A DNA stretch of 63,746 nucleotides, filler included, from Squatina squatina (lineage: Eukaryota): the NCBI GenBank assembly GCA_031763465.1. It is 3 parts of 3 records of this genome, joined end to end, with 100 filler letters (N's around TTAATTAATTAA, not from the genome) between each part and the next. Parts side by side here need not be neighbours in the genome. Positions count along the whole stretch, not along the records: positions 39,390 to 63,746 come from JARFOE010000004.1; 2 more parts are not named here. The stretch is one strand, 5' to 3'. The position numbers were made by a program, and so were the translations under genes. The notes beneath the pieces are model-generated. The model ran no database searches, had not been told where the DNA came from, and was given only the letters and a program-made list of their open reading frames with translations. Shown one piece after another: positions 50,201-63,746 of this stretch; the stretch's first letter is position 1, and every line of letters begins with the position of its first letter.

Positions 50201-53200
50201 AAACATGTTTCACATCTTAAATTACATAAAGTTTCCTAATTAAAGAGTAACAAATGAAACCCAATACTGATTTGTTTAAATACAGCCCTTAAGGCTATTA
50301 TTGAATACAGCAGTTGCTTGGAATTTCGCATGTGCATCCAATAACTTTTCTGGCTGCTTTTGCGAACAAGATACATAATAAAATATGATGCTAAATTGTG
50401 CACGCATCAACAGATGCAAAAAGTATGAGCTGAAGCCATGCACCTGAACACTGGAATCTGCAGCGAGCAGAGTAATTCTTACACATTTCTTTTGCAGATG
50501 GCAGAGTAACTACAGAAAGTACCAATCACAAGAAAATCTTTTGCTTACACGAAACACCTTCCTCCAATGCCAAGCAAGAATTTTTTAATCTGCCATTGTG
50601 GNNNNNNNNNNNNNNNNNNNNNNNNNNNNNNNNNNNNNNNNNNNNNNNNNNNNNNNNNNNNNNNNNNNNNNNNNNNNNNNNNNNNNNNNNNNNNNNNNNN
50701 NATACATCACTCTGAGAAAGAATGTGTGAACCAACCTTCGGTGGGAAGCAATTTCATTCCATGGCTGCTTAAAGGAGAACTGTGCTCATGAAAAACAATT
50801 GGATAAATCTTGTTTTGTGAGACCGCCACAAAAGTTGCTTGCCATTTTTATCTCAATGACAACACATCTAAGTGATGAGGTGATGCATTTCAACATGATG
50901 TACACCACTGCACTTTGGATTTGAAAACAAATAATAAGTTGATAAACTTTTCTTCTTGGCAGTGCCCTTTTAAATTGTTATCTGCTCTAAAAAAGAAATT
51001 ACATGGGATAAAAAGTAACAATTCGAGCCTGCCTCTCTACAAACATCGTGAGTTTATTATTTTAATCACTTTTCACAAAGTAATGGGTCTGTTCAAAGTC
51101 TTCTGATCAGTGTTCCATAGACTGAAAAATCACCAAACCAAATACAGGACAGGAAGGAAAACATGAGCAGACAGTACAGTGCTGAAAAGTAGAAAAAGAG
51201 TTCTGTGTTTCACCAGTTATCAAAACAGAATGTTACAAAAACCTGCTGCTATTTTATTTTATTTTAAAAATAAAGATCTGATGAAGATGACCGTGCAAAT
51301 GACACAGCCATTTCTGCGAGCTTCCCCAAAATGTGTTGCTGAATCTGAAAGCTTTGGTTCCCTACAATAGAAACAGTAATCATCACAGTGATGGGGTTTC
51401 CCGATAGATCTTACATAGATTAATTAATTTAAGTTATAAATCCAGGAAGCCAAATGATCAATTAGTCCGAAATTATGCTAACACCTGTCTTTAGCCCCAT
51501 GATCTAAGCTATGTTAGCAGGAACTGGATGAAACTGGTTTACATCTCATAATTCTCTCACCACATTTCCTTCATGCAATGTGTTTTGCTTNNNNNNNNNN
51601 NNNNNNNNNNNNNNNNNNNNNNNNNNNNNNNNNNNNNNNNNNNNNNNNNNNNNNNNNNNNNNNNNNNNNNNNNNNNNNNNNNNNNNNNNNATAACCCAAA
51701 AGCCCCAGTAGCAAGCTCAGGCTCGAGCAGCAATGGCAGCAGTTCCAGGCTCAGCAGCATGTACTTCGGGCTTCCTCATATATCATACTGTGTATGCACG
51801 ACCGGATCGAGTGCGCAGGGCGCAGTACCAAACAGACGTACTTGCGCAAAGCAAGTCAAAAACCACCGTGCAAATAATCACTTTGATTTGGGACACCTGA
51901 GGTGGTATTTAGCTCTGATTCTGTCCATCACATGACCCCCTCCCAAAAAAAACATTAACTGATTTGTGGAACTGGGTGGGAAGATGCGGACCTGTGTCTA
52001 TATACTAGATGTCCAGGTGGCAGGGATGTGTGCACACAAGGGCAATATTACAGCTGCAAACTTTTGAACTAACACCATGTTTCCCCCAATAGAAAGTTGG
52101 ACAATAATCATCTGAATTCTTAGAAGCATGGAGCTCCCATAAGGGAAATGCTTGAAATGACTTCTCCTGTAGTGCTCACCATGGTAAACATTTTTTCTTT
52201 TGCTCCACATTCCACTCATGTTGTGCAGCTGTTGAGACTTCAGTCCGTCCATAGAAAGTCTCCCCTAAACATCATGTTCTTTGTAAACAGAACAGTATTA
52301 TATACTCTTTTAACTAAATGTTATTGGCAACAGTAGCGAAAGCAAACTTCAGTCCACTGGTAAACTCGAAACCCATTTAGACAGAAATGCTTGACTAGTG
52401 CTCATAGGAATTGCATTCTTTTCATANNNNNNNNNNNNNNNNNNNNNNNNNNNNNNNNNNNNNNNNNNNNNNNNNNNNNNNNNNNNNNNNNNNNNNNNNN
52501 NNNNNNNNNNNNNNNNNNNNNNNNNNTTGATTCTTTGTTCAAATCAACAACGTATTCAGCTAAGGTCTGGCAGATTTGTGTAATTCATGGAGACATATGA
52601 AAACAATGAGAACCAGTCAGAAAATGAACGCAAATACCACTCATGAAAATCAACTTTTTATATTTTTTAATTATACATAACACTTGTTAACATATTTTTT
52701 GTGGCCAAACAGCATGAAGCAATTGGCAAAAGCACCATGGGAGTAGGCAATGAAACACAGAAAACTTTGCAGAGGAGATGGTTATCATGGTGCAAATCAG
52801 TTGACTCAGTTACGCTAGCTTTAGAGGAAGGGCTCTAAATAGCTCAAATGTAAAAAAAAAGAATTTAGGAACTCCATTCCCATAGAAACCTCTAGGGAAG
52901 ATGGGGCTTATTAGTAATTTTCGCAGCCGTAACTTCACCAAAACCCGAGGTGTTAAAATTGCAGATTGGCAGGACCCGAGGGGGAAATGGAGCTGCTCCA
53001 TTTTAATTGCACCCCTGAATCCTTTACAGGGGAGGGTTAATATTCCCTTTACAGACTTTAAAGTCATCCCAGTCCTTGGTAAATATACTTCTTGGAAGTG
53101 ACAGGGTGGCTATTCAGGGCATGCAGGCCTCACAGCCAGAATAGAACTATTCCTGGACACAGGTAGGACTGTTTGTAACACTATCTGGAGCACTATCAGA

Positions 53201-53284
53201 CAGAATTATAATCAGACCTTCAGGAGATCTCTCAACAAACCTCTCAATCTACTCCTTCCAATATGGCATCATTTAAGAGTAAGA

Positions 53285-54290
53285 AGAATTTATATAGTGT
53301 TTAATCTTGTTTCAAATGCAGATTTTTTTGCACACAAGATCCCATAAACATCAATGAGATGAATAGCCATTTAATCTGTTTAATAGTGTTGGTTGAAGGA
53401 GGAATGCTTTGAAAAATGCCATCAAAATAGGCAAACGGGGCCCCACTTAACATTTTACTCAAAAGACAATGGGGGAGAAATTCGGGAGTGCTCCATTTGG
53501 GACGCTAATTTCAAATTCAGAGGTAGCGCTCCAGGAAGGAAGTGGAATGCTAAATCAGGCACTCCGCTTCATTCCTGGAGCGCAATCAGCAGCAGGCAGG
53601 GCGGTAAGTGGAGCAGCACGGCACACTGGGCCGTGCAGCACTGCCGAGTTGAAAGGCTCATTCACTCCCTTAAAGGGAAGGGCCGTCGCTGCAGGCTCTG
53701 CAAAAAAAACCTTACCTTCTCCTTAACGGCAGCCACGATCCTGCCCAATCAACCAGTTGCACAGAAGCAGAGTGCTGGGCTGATAGATTATGGGCAAAGA
53801 AGACCGGCCAAAAACCTGCGAGAGAGAAGGTAATTTTTTTCTGTTTTTACCTCAGCCACCTTGTGTTTAAATGTCGCCCCCAAAGCACCCGGCCTCTCGA
53901 TAGATGCCTCCTGCAGCTGCCAGCTTTTTCGTCCGGAGATGCTGCAGGGGCGGAATGCATGTTCGGGTCCGGGACGCGACAGGGGTGATGCGCATGGCGA
54001 TGACGTCATGATCTCCAGGCGAAGGAGATCGGGATGCAATGCGGTACTGCTATCGCAAACCTCCCACCGAATATGGCGGGAGTCAATGTTATCGCCGTGT
54101 CCTGTTGGAACCCGGATGGCGCCCCATTATCGCCCTCCCGGAGGCGATAACAGGAGGCGCTAAGGAGGCCAATTTCTAGGCCATTACCTCTGACAATGCA
54201 ACACTTTCTCAACACTGCAGTGAAGTTTCAGGATAAATTATGTACCTAACTAATCAAATGGGTACTTCCAACTGCGCCAAGCTGACGTAA
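53285..54290 (-). mobile_element. SacSINE1-like DeuSINE split by a MITE insertion
   Basis: SINE sequence at about 53285-53470 (...cattttactcaaaagac) resumes at 54183 (acctctgacaatgcaacactttctcaacactgcagtgaag). Confidence 0.65.
53471..54182. mobile_element. GC-rich Harbinger-like MITE nested in a DeuSINE
   Basis: Termini gggggagaaattc ... aatttctaggcc with AAT/ATT flanks; CpG-rich body like 14435-15203. Confidence 0.7.
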
Positions 54291-55555
54291 AGAATGTTGA
54301 AGATTAATGCATGTAGCACAAGGAAAGAACAGAGCAGTATGCCACATTAAATACACTCCTACATAAATAACAGCAATTGATTAACATTGTAAATATTGGC
54401 ATTGTTACTTTCTTTCATAACTCCAAAGAAGAGAAGCATGCTAGAATGGCACTAGAAAAAAATAAATGATACAGAACAGTCGGATTATGTTATGTAAATT
54501 ATACTTATGACCATCTGAATTCTGCCGCNNNNNNNNNNNNNNNNNNNNNNNNNNNNNNNNNNNNNNNNNNNNNNNNNNNNNNNNNNNNNNNNNNNNNNNN
54601 NNNNNNNNNNNNNNNNNNNNNNNNNNNNTGGTGAGGGTGTTTTGGGTGGTCTGGAATGCTGATTTTGTAAAGATAAAGAAATCGGTGTGAAAATTGCTTT
54701 GGCGAAAATTCATGCTGCAGCAGATTATAGTGTTAACATTTCTCCAGCAGTTGTCATGGTATTGTATGCAGCACAGGAAATGGTTGTCTCAGTTTGAGTT
54801 TAACTGAATGAAGGGTAGTCTAAGCCAACCCAAACCTCTGAACTGTAGCTCAGGCTAGCTTGTTCATTTCTTACAGGCAACTAAAAAAACATTTTAATCT
54901 CCTGAGCGAGAACGGCTGCAGTTTATTCACAAGTAATATAAGTCTTTCTAATGAGTGAAATAAAACTTTCCATGGCTACTGACCGAGCATTATGTTTGTA
55001 CCATTTGTTTTTAAGGAATTTTTAATTTAAGCATTGCAGGCACTTTAATAGTTTAAAATAATTTTCAAATTAAATTAATGTTTATGTGCCGCTGAATGAA
55101 TGGCATGCCTATCTATACAAGATCATGGCACACTTAACTCTTTTAAAAAAAATGTTTTTTAATTACGTATCTTCCTAGACTGTCTTTGTACAGTCAGCTC
55201 CAGCTTCCTTTCAACAGAGAAATGTAGCATCAAAAGGTGCTGAGATGAGGCTAAATTTGCTCACTTATCAAAAGGGACTGGAAGAACACAATTTTTTAAA
55301 ATTAAGGAGGCTGGAATTTATATACTGAAGAGGGAATTTTGCCACAGTTACAGAGAATATGGATTAATCAGTATCTTATTGTTTTTAATATTTCTGTTTG
55401 TTAATTTAGCTCTTTCTTACAATTGGTCTGAAGAATTCCTCAAAGCCATTTTCCGTTAGTAATGTTATCAATACCCATTTTTTCACCCAAGAATGATAAT
55501 CTAGCTTCCTTAAGATTTCAAAACTTTTCCTGAAACTTAGATTGTTGGCACATGT

Positions 55556-56341
55556 GGGTGGAATTTCCTGTAGGAGTGTAATGTGGAAGTTACACCTGTA
55601 ATTATGTTAATTGTACACCCATTTTTGCCAATGTCTATTGACACCCAAATTTCCTGCCAATCTCGTTTACATACACTGGAACGTAAAAATGGCCATAAAC
55701 AAAGTGCTAAACTTACAGCTTATGTTCCTTCTTTATGTATGAAAATTAAAGTTTCAAGCTATCTGACTATCATTCATGCGCCCAAGGCACAGCGGACTGC
55801 AGTTTCCGCTAGGTTCGCTGTTTTTCTTTCAGTGAAGTTCACCCACCTTTGAGGAGGCTCTTAAAATTAAGCTTTGTTTTCAGTGCAAGGACACTAATAG
55901 GCACCTTTCATATTAAAAACAATTACGAAGAAACTGACTACTGTACACCAATGAAACTAGTAAATGGTTCTGTATAACTTTTAAATGCCATTTCTAGTTG
56001 TTTAAAATCGGGTTACTCACAGTTGGTGAACTAGACATTCTGACTAAAAATGCTTATTTTTTTGTGATTAACCCATTTTCAGCTGTATTAAACTCTTAAA
56101 ATCAAACTCTAGTTACCACTCTTAATTGTAACGGAATATTTTTTAATGTAAGCATTTTTTATAACAAAATTTCATTCTAAAACTCTGCCTGATTGTGATG
56201 ATTCATACAAGATTTTACGTTCCGGGATATGCAAATGAGTTTGAGTGAAAACTTGAGCAGAAGAACTTTTGAAAACTACCACAATTTTGAGTGTAATTTT
56301 CGCCCGGATTGTTGATTGCGCTCAAAGTGGAAATTCAACTC
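55556..56341. mobile_element. Older TIR element (MITE)
   Basis: Imperfect TIRs gggtggaatttcc ... ggaaattcaactc. Confidence 0.55.
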
Positions 56342-56399
56342 CAGCATGCTTTAAAATACTATTGTGGAAGCTTTTCAGTGTTTATTGAACTGGATGTTA

Positions 56400-57112
56400 C
56401 ACTGAGTGGTGAATTAACAGCGCTAGCCGTTTGTTAGACTTGCACTTGCCCATAGACTTTCTATGGGATTATGCACTGGAAGTTCTTGTCAGCCAAACAG
56501 CCAAAAACTGTAGTGCCCTCTACAGGCAATCTGGGACCTGTGTGAACAAGACAAGCAACTGTGCATCTCCTTAACCAATCAGATTGAAAAATCCTTAATG
56601 AGCAGTGCAGAGTCTGAACTAGGAAGTGGCAATTAGAATATTGAATTCAATGTCAAATCAAGTACAGAAAGTGAAATTGAAAGATGAAAGATAAAAGAGA
56701 CAGAAAGAACAAATAAAAAAAAGTTAGTTTTTTTAAAAAAAATCTCCATAAATAATTAAATTCTGAAGGAATGAGACTCAACCCTTGTAAGAGTTAATTT
56801 CTGTGCTAGAGAGGTTGGCAGTAATTAAGACTTATCGCATTGTTAAAATGATACTTAGACTGAAATGGATAAGATTAGTCTGTATCTATGAGGTAAGTAT
56901 AGCAATTTCATGCCATTCAATGTTTTTGAAGGGGGAACCAGATGGCAAAATTCCGATTTCGGGAGGGTTTTAGAGGAGCAGAGCATGTAGAACAACAATT
57001 TCCGTGTTTAACTGCGCATGAGCGGTCATTAGAAGTTACTGTCTGATTTCCACATAAATAGCGGTGAGTGCTGTCAGCCTCACTATTATTTCTACAGCAA
57101 AAAATGGCCCGA
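56400..57112. mobile_element. Probable old non-autonomous DNA element with a palindromic core
   Basis: Perfect hairpin cccataga-ctt-tctatggg at 56449-56467; ends aaaaaatggccc. Confidence 0.4.
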
Positions 57113-57541
57113 TGTGACTTATACTGATGCCATAAAATGCTTTAAAAGGAACATGCAGTGCAGGTCTCAGTGAGGATAAAAAAAACAATTGGTCAAAATA
57201 TTGCAATAAAACGATTTTACTTCTTTATCGGTTGTACTTATCGGCATTAAATTGTGTCTGCCATCTATTGGCCCAGTCATTGAAAAGGTTTAAATCTTTC
57301 CCAATCCAGTTGAACGACAGCAAAAAATATTTTTACTGCTTCCAGTTTTATCATCTGCGAACTTTGCAATTTTTTTTCAATGATCTCCTGGTGCAGACCT
57401 GTTACATTTATTAAAAATTGGCTCTATTTTTCAAGCTGTTTNNNNNNNNNNNNNNNNNNNNNNNNNNNNNNNNNNNNNNNNNNNNNNNNNNNNNNNNNNN
57501 NNNNNNNNNNNNNNNNNNNNNNNNNNNNNNNNNNNNNNNNN

Positions 57542-57850
57542 GGGGATTGGCTAGGAGAGTATTGCAGTCGCCAAGTGTGGCGGTGACAGTAGCATGGATG
57601 AGGTTTTTGGTAGCAGATGGTTTGAGGCAGGTACAAAGATGGGCAATGGTACAGAGGTGGAAGTAGGTGGTTTTTATGATGGAGAAGGTAAGGGGTCAGA
57701 GGTTCAGCTCAGGGTAGCGTGAAATGCTGAGCTTGTGAACAGTCTGGTTCAACCTGAAACAGTTGCTGGGGAAGGGGCTGAAATCGCTGAGAAGGAACGG
57801 AGTTTGAAGGCGAAGGGGGCTAAAGGCAATGACTTCGGTCTTCCAGGCCT
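57542..57850 (-). mobile_element. L2 LINE fragment
   Basis: gtagcatggatgagg...agatgggcaatggtacagaggtggaagtaggtggttttt...ggggtcagaggttcagctcagggt is the reverse complement of the L2 ORF2 region (DPELNL...KTTYFHLCTIAHL). Confidence 0.75.
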
Positions 57851-60800
57851 CAATGCTTATTGTGTTGTTAATAATGAAGGGAATTGGATTGCTGGGCTAA
57901 GTCATTTGTGTGCAAAGCAGCCACTGCACTCTGCCTCAAGTGGGGTCAGAAAAAAATTGTGCCAGTACTTTTTTGGGGATCTGAATTTGGTGGTAGTCAT
58001 CTCTTCTTCTGATTTCCACCTGGGACTTTTTGAATATGGATGAAATTCCAGAGGAAAATCAAGCCTAGGTATATCTTTCAACTGTGTTTGTTGCACCAGA
58101 TTACTGCTCCACCTTTGGAGCAAATTAGAATAACAGGTATTCTTGTAATAATGGTTTTTAGAGGGTACAGCACCACTTCTGGAGGAAATAAGGATATTAG
58201 GCATTACTTTACTATTACAACATTACTCTTGCTTTCAGTTTACTGGAATGTGACAGTGTTACCAATTCAAGCATTCCAATATAGTACAGATCCACGTTGT
58301 TCTTCAGTGATAGTTTTCAGGACTCCAAAGAATTTTTCCATACCCTGGTCTTGGAAAGACTGACAGTAATTGAAAAGTATTTGTTTAACTATGCAGAAAA
58401 TCTAAGTTGTTACGTGATTACAAGTAAAGGAGAGGGGGCAACATCTTTCAAATAGTTCAAAGATTGTGTTTTTTTTAAACTTTAAATGCATAGTAACCAG
58501 AGTTAAATAACAAACCTAACTTTTACATTATATCATTTTTATCAGTATTGTACCACTTAGCACTCAGAACTATTGCAGGGATCCCTTGAGGAAACAGCCC
58601 AAATGTTTTCTTTTGCATTGCTGTTCTCCTTGCTTTATTGCCAATGAATGGCAAGATGAAAGTTTCCCCCTCCTTTTGAAAACCAAAATCAATGTTACTG
58701 CAGCTATTAACATTTTTTTTAAAACATATATTTTCTCAAATCTTAAATCATTTCAATATGATTCTTCAATTGGCTTGCACTTCTTCTGTTGTGGTACCAA
58801 TCTCCATGCAGCTGTGCAATTCGAGCGGCTTTAAGCTTTGAACCTATGTTTGCTGTCCAATTTAATGTTGCACCATCCATTGGATAGTAGGAATATGCCT
58901 GGATCTATATGTCTGTCTATATGCCTGGATCTGTTGGGCTTCACGCAGTGTTAATTTATGTTACCTGCAGCGTACCGAATATTATATGTAGTTTGATGCT
59001 AATCTTAACAAAAATTAACTTCCCCCAACCACCCCTTCCCCCTCCCCCTCCCAAGCTTAAGATACTGATTGCCTGTTTTTTTTTTGACAGTTGCAAAATT
59101 TGTTTTGTTTTGCTTCCAGTACGAAAATGCTATGTATGAAGGAAGAGCCATTAGCCCGAGAAGAATTCCTCTATTGCTGCGGGGCTGCTACTCAACTGTT
59201 AAAGTTTGGATCCCTTGATTGTTGGCGGGANNNNNNNNNNNNNNNNNNNNNNNNNNNNNNNNNNNNNNNNNNNNNNNNNNNNNNNNNNNNNNNNNNNNNN
59301 NNNNNNNNNNNNNNNNNNNNNNNNNNNNNNGATTGGTCTGTGACCATCCTTATCATATTTGACATATGGCGTGTAGCGCTAATAAGTCACCTTAAATTAC
59401 TAATGTAGTTTTTAATCTGTCTCAAAATATTATAATTCTTTTAATTTGTTCTGAATAACTTAATTCTTTAAACTTCATTATATAAATGCTAAGAGAGCTT
59501 TAGTTCTACTCTTCCATTTGTTTAGATATTCACAAGTCAGGAATTGTTTGTGGCTCTTACAGAACTACGACTAAGGAATATAGAAGTTGATGACCTAATA
59601 ATCTGTGTCTAACATTAGATCTAACCCCATTGTGTCTTTTTGAGAATGGGATGAAATGTTACAATTTTGTGGGTAATTTGTGGACGCTGGACATAATATT
59701 TACTGAAAATGCAGCTGAATTCCTAGGCTGTATTCCAAAAATTCCATCCAAACGTAGCAATGCAGTCAGCCGAAAGAAAGCTAAATGTGCTCTTCAAAAG
59801 CTTAATCTTGGAAAAGCTATTGGCCGAAATGGTGTAAAGAGCTCAGGTTCCTAAGGTCCCCTCTGAGGCATAAGCTGCTTCCCTTAACAGCAAGCAATGT
59901 GCCTGTCCACAAGAGGAGATCAATCAGACCAACAACTCCAGAGTGCGGTCAGGTTTTTCTGATTATTGCAACAGGCTAAAAAATGCATTAAAAAATGTTT
60001 TTGATGCGAGCGAGAAGCATGCTGCCAGAAGAAATGATGGAAAAGCTCTAAGCTTGCCTATTTTGAAGACCCAGCTGTTGATTTTAGCCTAGTATTATAC
60101 CACACCCCACATTACACTTCAATATTGTAATGTTTCAAATGACTGGTTCTTAACTACGGAACATTACAATGGACCTTTATATAACTGCATTAACAACTCT
60201 ATTCATTGTATTTAAACTCTCAGTTATTCAATAATTGCACGATTAGTATTTTGGGGAAAATAATGGAAACAATTGCAATTGTTGTAATTAAGTGATTTTC
60301 ATTCAGTAATAACTTCCAGAATGCAGACAATTTTTCAGAGATGTCATTTATTATACAAGTGTGAATCAGGGTTTTGTTTTCACTGTCTGTGTTTTTGATC
60401 ATAATGTGCGTTTGAGTATGAATTGAGCAACCATTATAAAAGCTAATTAGAAACTGGGATGCTTTTCCATATACAGGACAGGTAAAATGTATTATGTAAG
60501 AAGGATTTTTTAAATTTAGGGGGCCCAATTGGACTGGGCCAAAACCCCCCCACAGTATTTGGGGATCCCTAGCTGCAGGAGTGCTGTCCCGGCAGCGAGG
60601 GTCAGGTGAGTGGCTTTGGTGACTGTCACCATTCCGGGTCAGTGCAACGTGGCAACGGTAAACAAACATTGCCATGGCGCTGACCCGGCCAATGCCGCAT
60701 CACTGCTGGGTTGGGAAGGGCCGCAGGCTTANNNNNNNNNNCGTCTTCATGAAAAGAGCCCCAAAGAATTATTTTTTAAATTTATAAACTTTATCAAAAA

Positions 60801-61904
60801 TTAAATGAGTTCATAAAATTTGGGGGAATTTAAAATGTTTTAGGTAACCAGTACTTATGCTATTTTACTTTTTACATGCGTTAGTAAAAATGCAGGGGAG
60901 AATGGTCATAAATCTGTTCATGAACAGTAATTTATAACATTCATAAACAGGTTTTTAACTAGAGCTGTAACAAATTCCACTTTGGCTGTGATTTTGTATT
61001 TTCCAGTAACCCATTTCCCAAGCTTTACTTTTGTTCGGGCCAGCTATGATGTATTTCTTCACTGGCAGTCATTTTGATTCCTGATGATGGCCAAAGCTCT
61101 GCAGCTTTGAAGTCCCACTTGGATGAAGATACGAAGCTCAAAATCCTGGCATTATTACAACCTTAATTTCAACCAAACTTTGTCTTATGGGACACTGAAT
61201 TCCTTTAAAACATGAAAACGTTGTAATTGTCCTTGTGTCTATAAACATAATTGTGTAACTTCAACTTCTTAAGGTAAAAAAAACTTGGTTGATGGGGACT
61301 GGGTTTAATATATTGTACTTTTACCTTTTGCACCTTGTCTTCTAGGTTAAAAATATGAATCTCTGTGTCCTGGCATAGTTGGCTCTGAGACTTGCAGATG
61401 GCTCTTGTATTCAAAATATGGGCAATAGATTCCCTCACAACAATGAGACTCAAACATGACTTCTTTTCCAAGAACAGCCATCATTTATCAAGCTTCAGTT
61501 GCTCTTTATGTAGCCTTATCTCAATTAATTCACAATTCATCAATTTACCTGGTGTCAAAACTACCCCATTTTCAAATAGAACAAATCAAGGCCATTCATT
61601 TGCTTGCTCACCAATTGGGAGTACATTGCATGATCCAAGGAGACTTGTGAAATGGGGTACACCCTTCACAATGATTTAGAACCACTGCACATTTATAGTG
61701 TGCATCCCTCTATAGGACTATCANNNNNNNNNNNNNNNNNNNNNNNNNNNNNNNNNNNNNNNNNNNNNNNNNNNNNNNNNNNNNNNNNNNNNNNNNNNNN
61801 NNNNNNNNNNNNNNNNNNNNNNNTACCAGCGTGGGGCAACCCATTTGGAGCCCCAAAGTCTTTCTATCTTTGGTTCGTTGAGAGTATCTCTCTAACTAAC
61901 TGGT

Positions 61905-62330
61905 CGCATTCTCCCCTCTGAATCAGATAATTGAGGGTTCAGGCCCCACTCCAGGGACTTGAGCATACATCTCGGCTGACATTCCAGTGCAGTACTAAGT
62001 GAGCGCCTTCTTTTGGATAAGAAGTTAAACCGAGGCTCGTCTGCCCTTTCAGGTGGATGTAAAAGATCCCATGGCACTATATCGAAGAAGAGCAGGGGAG
62101 TTTGCCTTGGTGTCCCAGCCAACATTTACCCCTCATTCAACATCCTTAAAATGGATTACCTGGTCATTAACCCATTGCTGTTTGTGGGACTTTGCTGTGC
62201 ACAAACTGGCTGCCACGTTTTCCTGCATTGCAGCAGTGACTACATTTTTTTAAAAGTACTTAATTGGCTATTAAGTTCTTTTGGGATGTCTGGAGATTGT
62301 GAAAGGCATTATGCAAATACAAATTCTTTA
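61905..62330 (+). mobile_element. SacSINE1-like DeuSINE, near full length
   Basis: tRNA-like head (gggttcaggccccactcc), Deu domain (gttaaaccgaggctcgtctgccctttcaggtggatgtaaaagatcccatggcactatatcgaagaagagcagggg) and an L2-like tail. Confidence 0.88.
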
Positions 62331-63746
62331 TTTTCTAACTGTCAAGTAATATTCATATTTAGCCATTTGATCCAATTCATTATTTTTTTTCTTGCTGCAT
62401 CTGATCTTTGGTCATCTCTTCCCTATCCTACTGACCAGCTCCTGGTCTTAATAAGAGGTGGTGTGCTTTTCTTTTTTTAGGATTTAATTTCAATGTTTTT
62501 AACTTCAAGTCACTATTTTTGGTGATTAAAGAGTTAATTGAGATTCAGATGTAGTGCTTCTTCAATTAATTTTGAGGGACAGGCTAATTTTTCTAGAACT
62601 AGTATTTTATCGAATGGAGCACGNNNNNNNNNNATATCACTGCATTCCACTTTTGTGTCATGCTTGATGTTAATCACTGTCTTCAGAAGTGCAAGTTGTT
62701 AAATGATACCCAGCTACTTTCCCATTTATTCCATGCCACCAGATAAGAATACTGTTCCTCAGTGAACTTTGCTCAGCTTAAATGGTCAAAATGTAGTAAC
62801 CAGCTATGTTCTTTTGAGGTAAAATGCTGCAAGTATTTCTCATCTGTTGAACTGACAGAGAACTTTTCAATGGATCTACACGAGGAGGAATATCCATTTC
62901 TGCTCCCCTAGTATCCCACTTTCCTTCTCAAACCCCCTAAGGCTCATGCTTGTAATTTACGCTGTCAGGTTAATTTTAAATTATAACCATGTAAATTCTG
63001 TAAAACATTTTTTCAGACACATGTCATACCCAGCTGCTTTCTATTTTTTAAACAACCTGCTGTTCGAGGCATGCACTTGATTTCCAACTGTTCGCTTTTA
63101 TCTGCGTGTATTAAATAGTCCTAAGTAGAGTAGTAAATTATAAGTATAAATATGACTACCCATAAGACTTTTAAATATATCCACATTGTTTCTCTGTAAC
63201 CAGAGAGGATGTCATTTTGTTTTTTAAAAACCCTTAAGCTACGTTAAGATTTATAGCCTTAATAACAGCTACAACATTTTAATAAATTCCACTTAAATAT
63301 AAATGCTATAGTACCAGAAGGACATGTTCCATTCTAGCCAATTGTAAAAACCTGTGAAAATAGAATACTGCTGTGACCTGTCAAATGTAATTGAACCTTC
63401 AATAAATGTGTTTAAATATGTTGTCTGTCAATGGTAGTAGTTTCCTTAATGTTGTTTCTAATTGACACAAATAGCCTGGTGGCAATATTTCCTAGATGTC
63501 ACCTGTAGAAAAGAGACCTACAGGTAAGACCACCCTGCGGACTATAAACTATAACAGATTTTCATCTGTTTTATGATTGTGGTTTGTTCCACCAGTTTTG
63601 TTATATTTCACAATGCTTCACAAATCTCTAAAATTAACAGAAAACCTGAAAGTTAACAAATGTTGCAGTTCAATTAACTGCGCATAAAGTGCTTTTGCTA
63701 TGATTCTGCACACAATTTAATTTATATTGACCAGACAAAGAAATTC

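Noticed and set aside
53393-54215. ORF cluster and CpG island as a promoter or first exon
   Set aside because: It coincides with a MITE inserted into a SINE.
61905-61970. tRNA gene
   Set aside because: It is the tRNA-derived head of a DeuSINE and lacks a full cloverleaf.

Overview
This is vertebrate genomic DNA, not prokaryotic, and most likely comes from a shark. The evidence is SacSINE1/Deu-type SINEs, shark-type CR1/L2/RTE LINE remnants and GC-rich TIR elements. The assembly is fragmented and built from three blocks joined by two artificial 100-nt spacers (N44-TTAATTAATTAA-N44). Block 1 (1-19478) holds one clear 150-bp coding exon of TAFA5/FAM19A5 (67-216) followed by repeat-rich intron-like sequence. 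Block 2 (19579-39289) is gap-free and full of strongly decayed LINEs. It also contains a 74-bp minisatellite derived from L2 sequence, an A-rich disrupted reading frame of unknown origin, and degenerate exons resembling a microbial/invertebrate-type DXD glycosyltransferase (GT32-like). Block 3 (39390-63746) starts with an isolated 0.94-kb fragment of APOB (last two exons), probably misjoined, then continues as repeat-rich non-coding DNA. No CRISPR array, rRNA or convincing tRNA gene was seen. The best candidate for new biology is the GT32-like pseudogene set, which is low to moderate confidence. All family assignments are from recall, without database searches.
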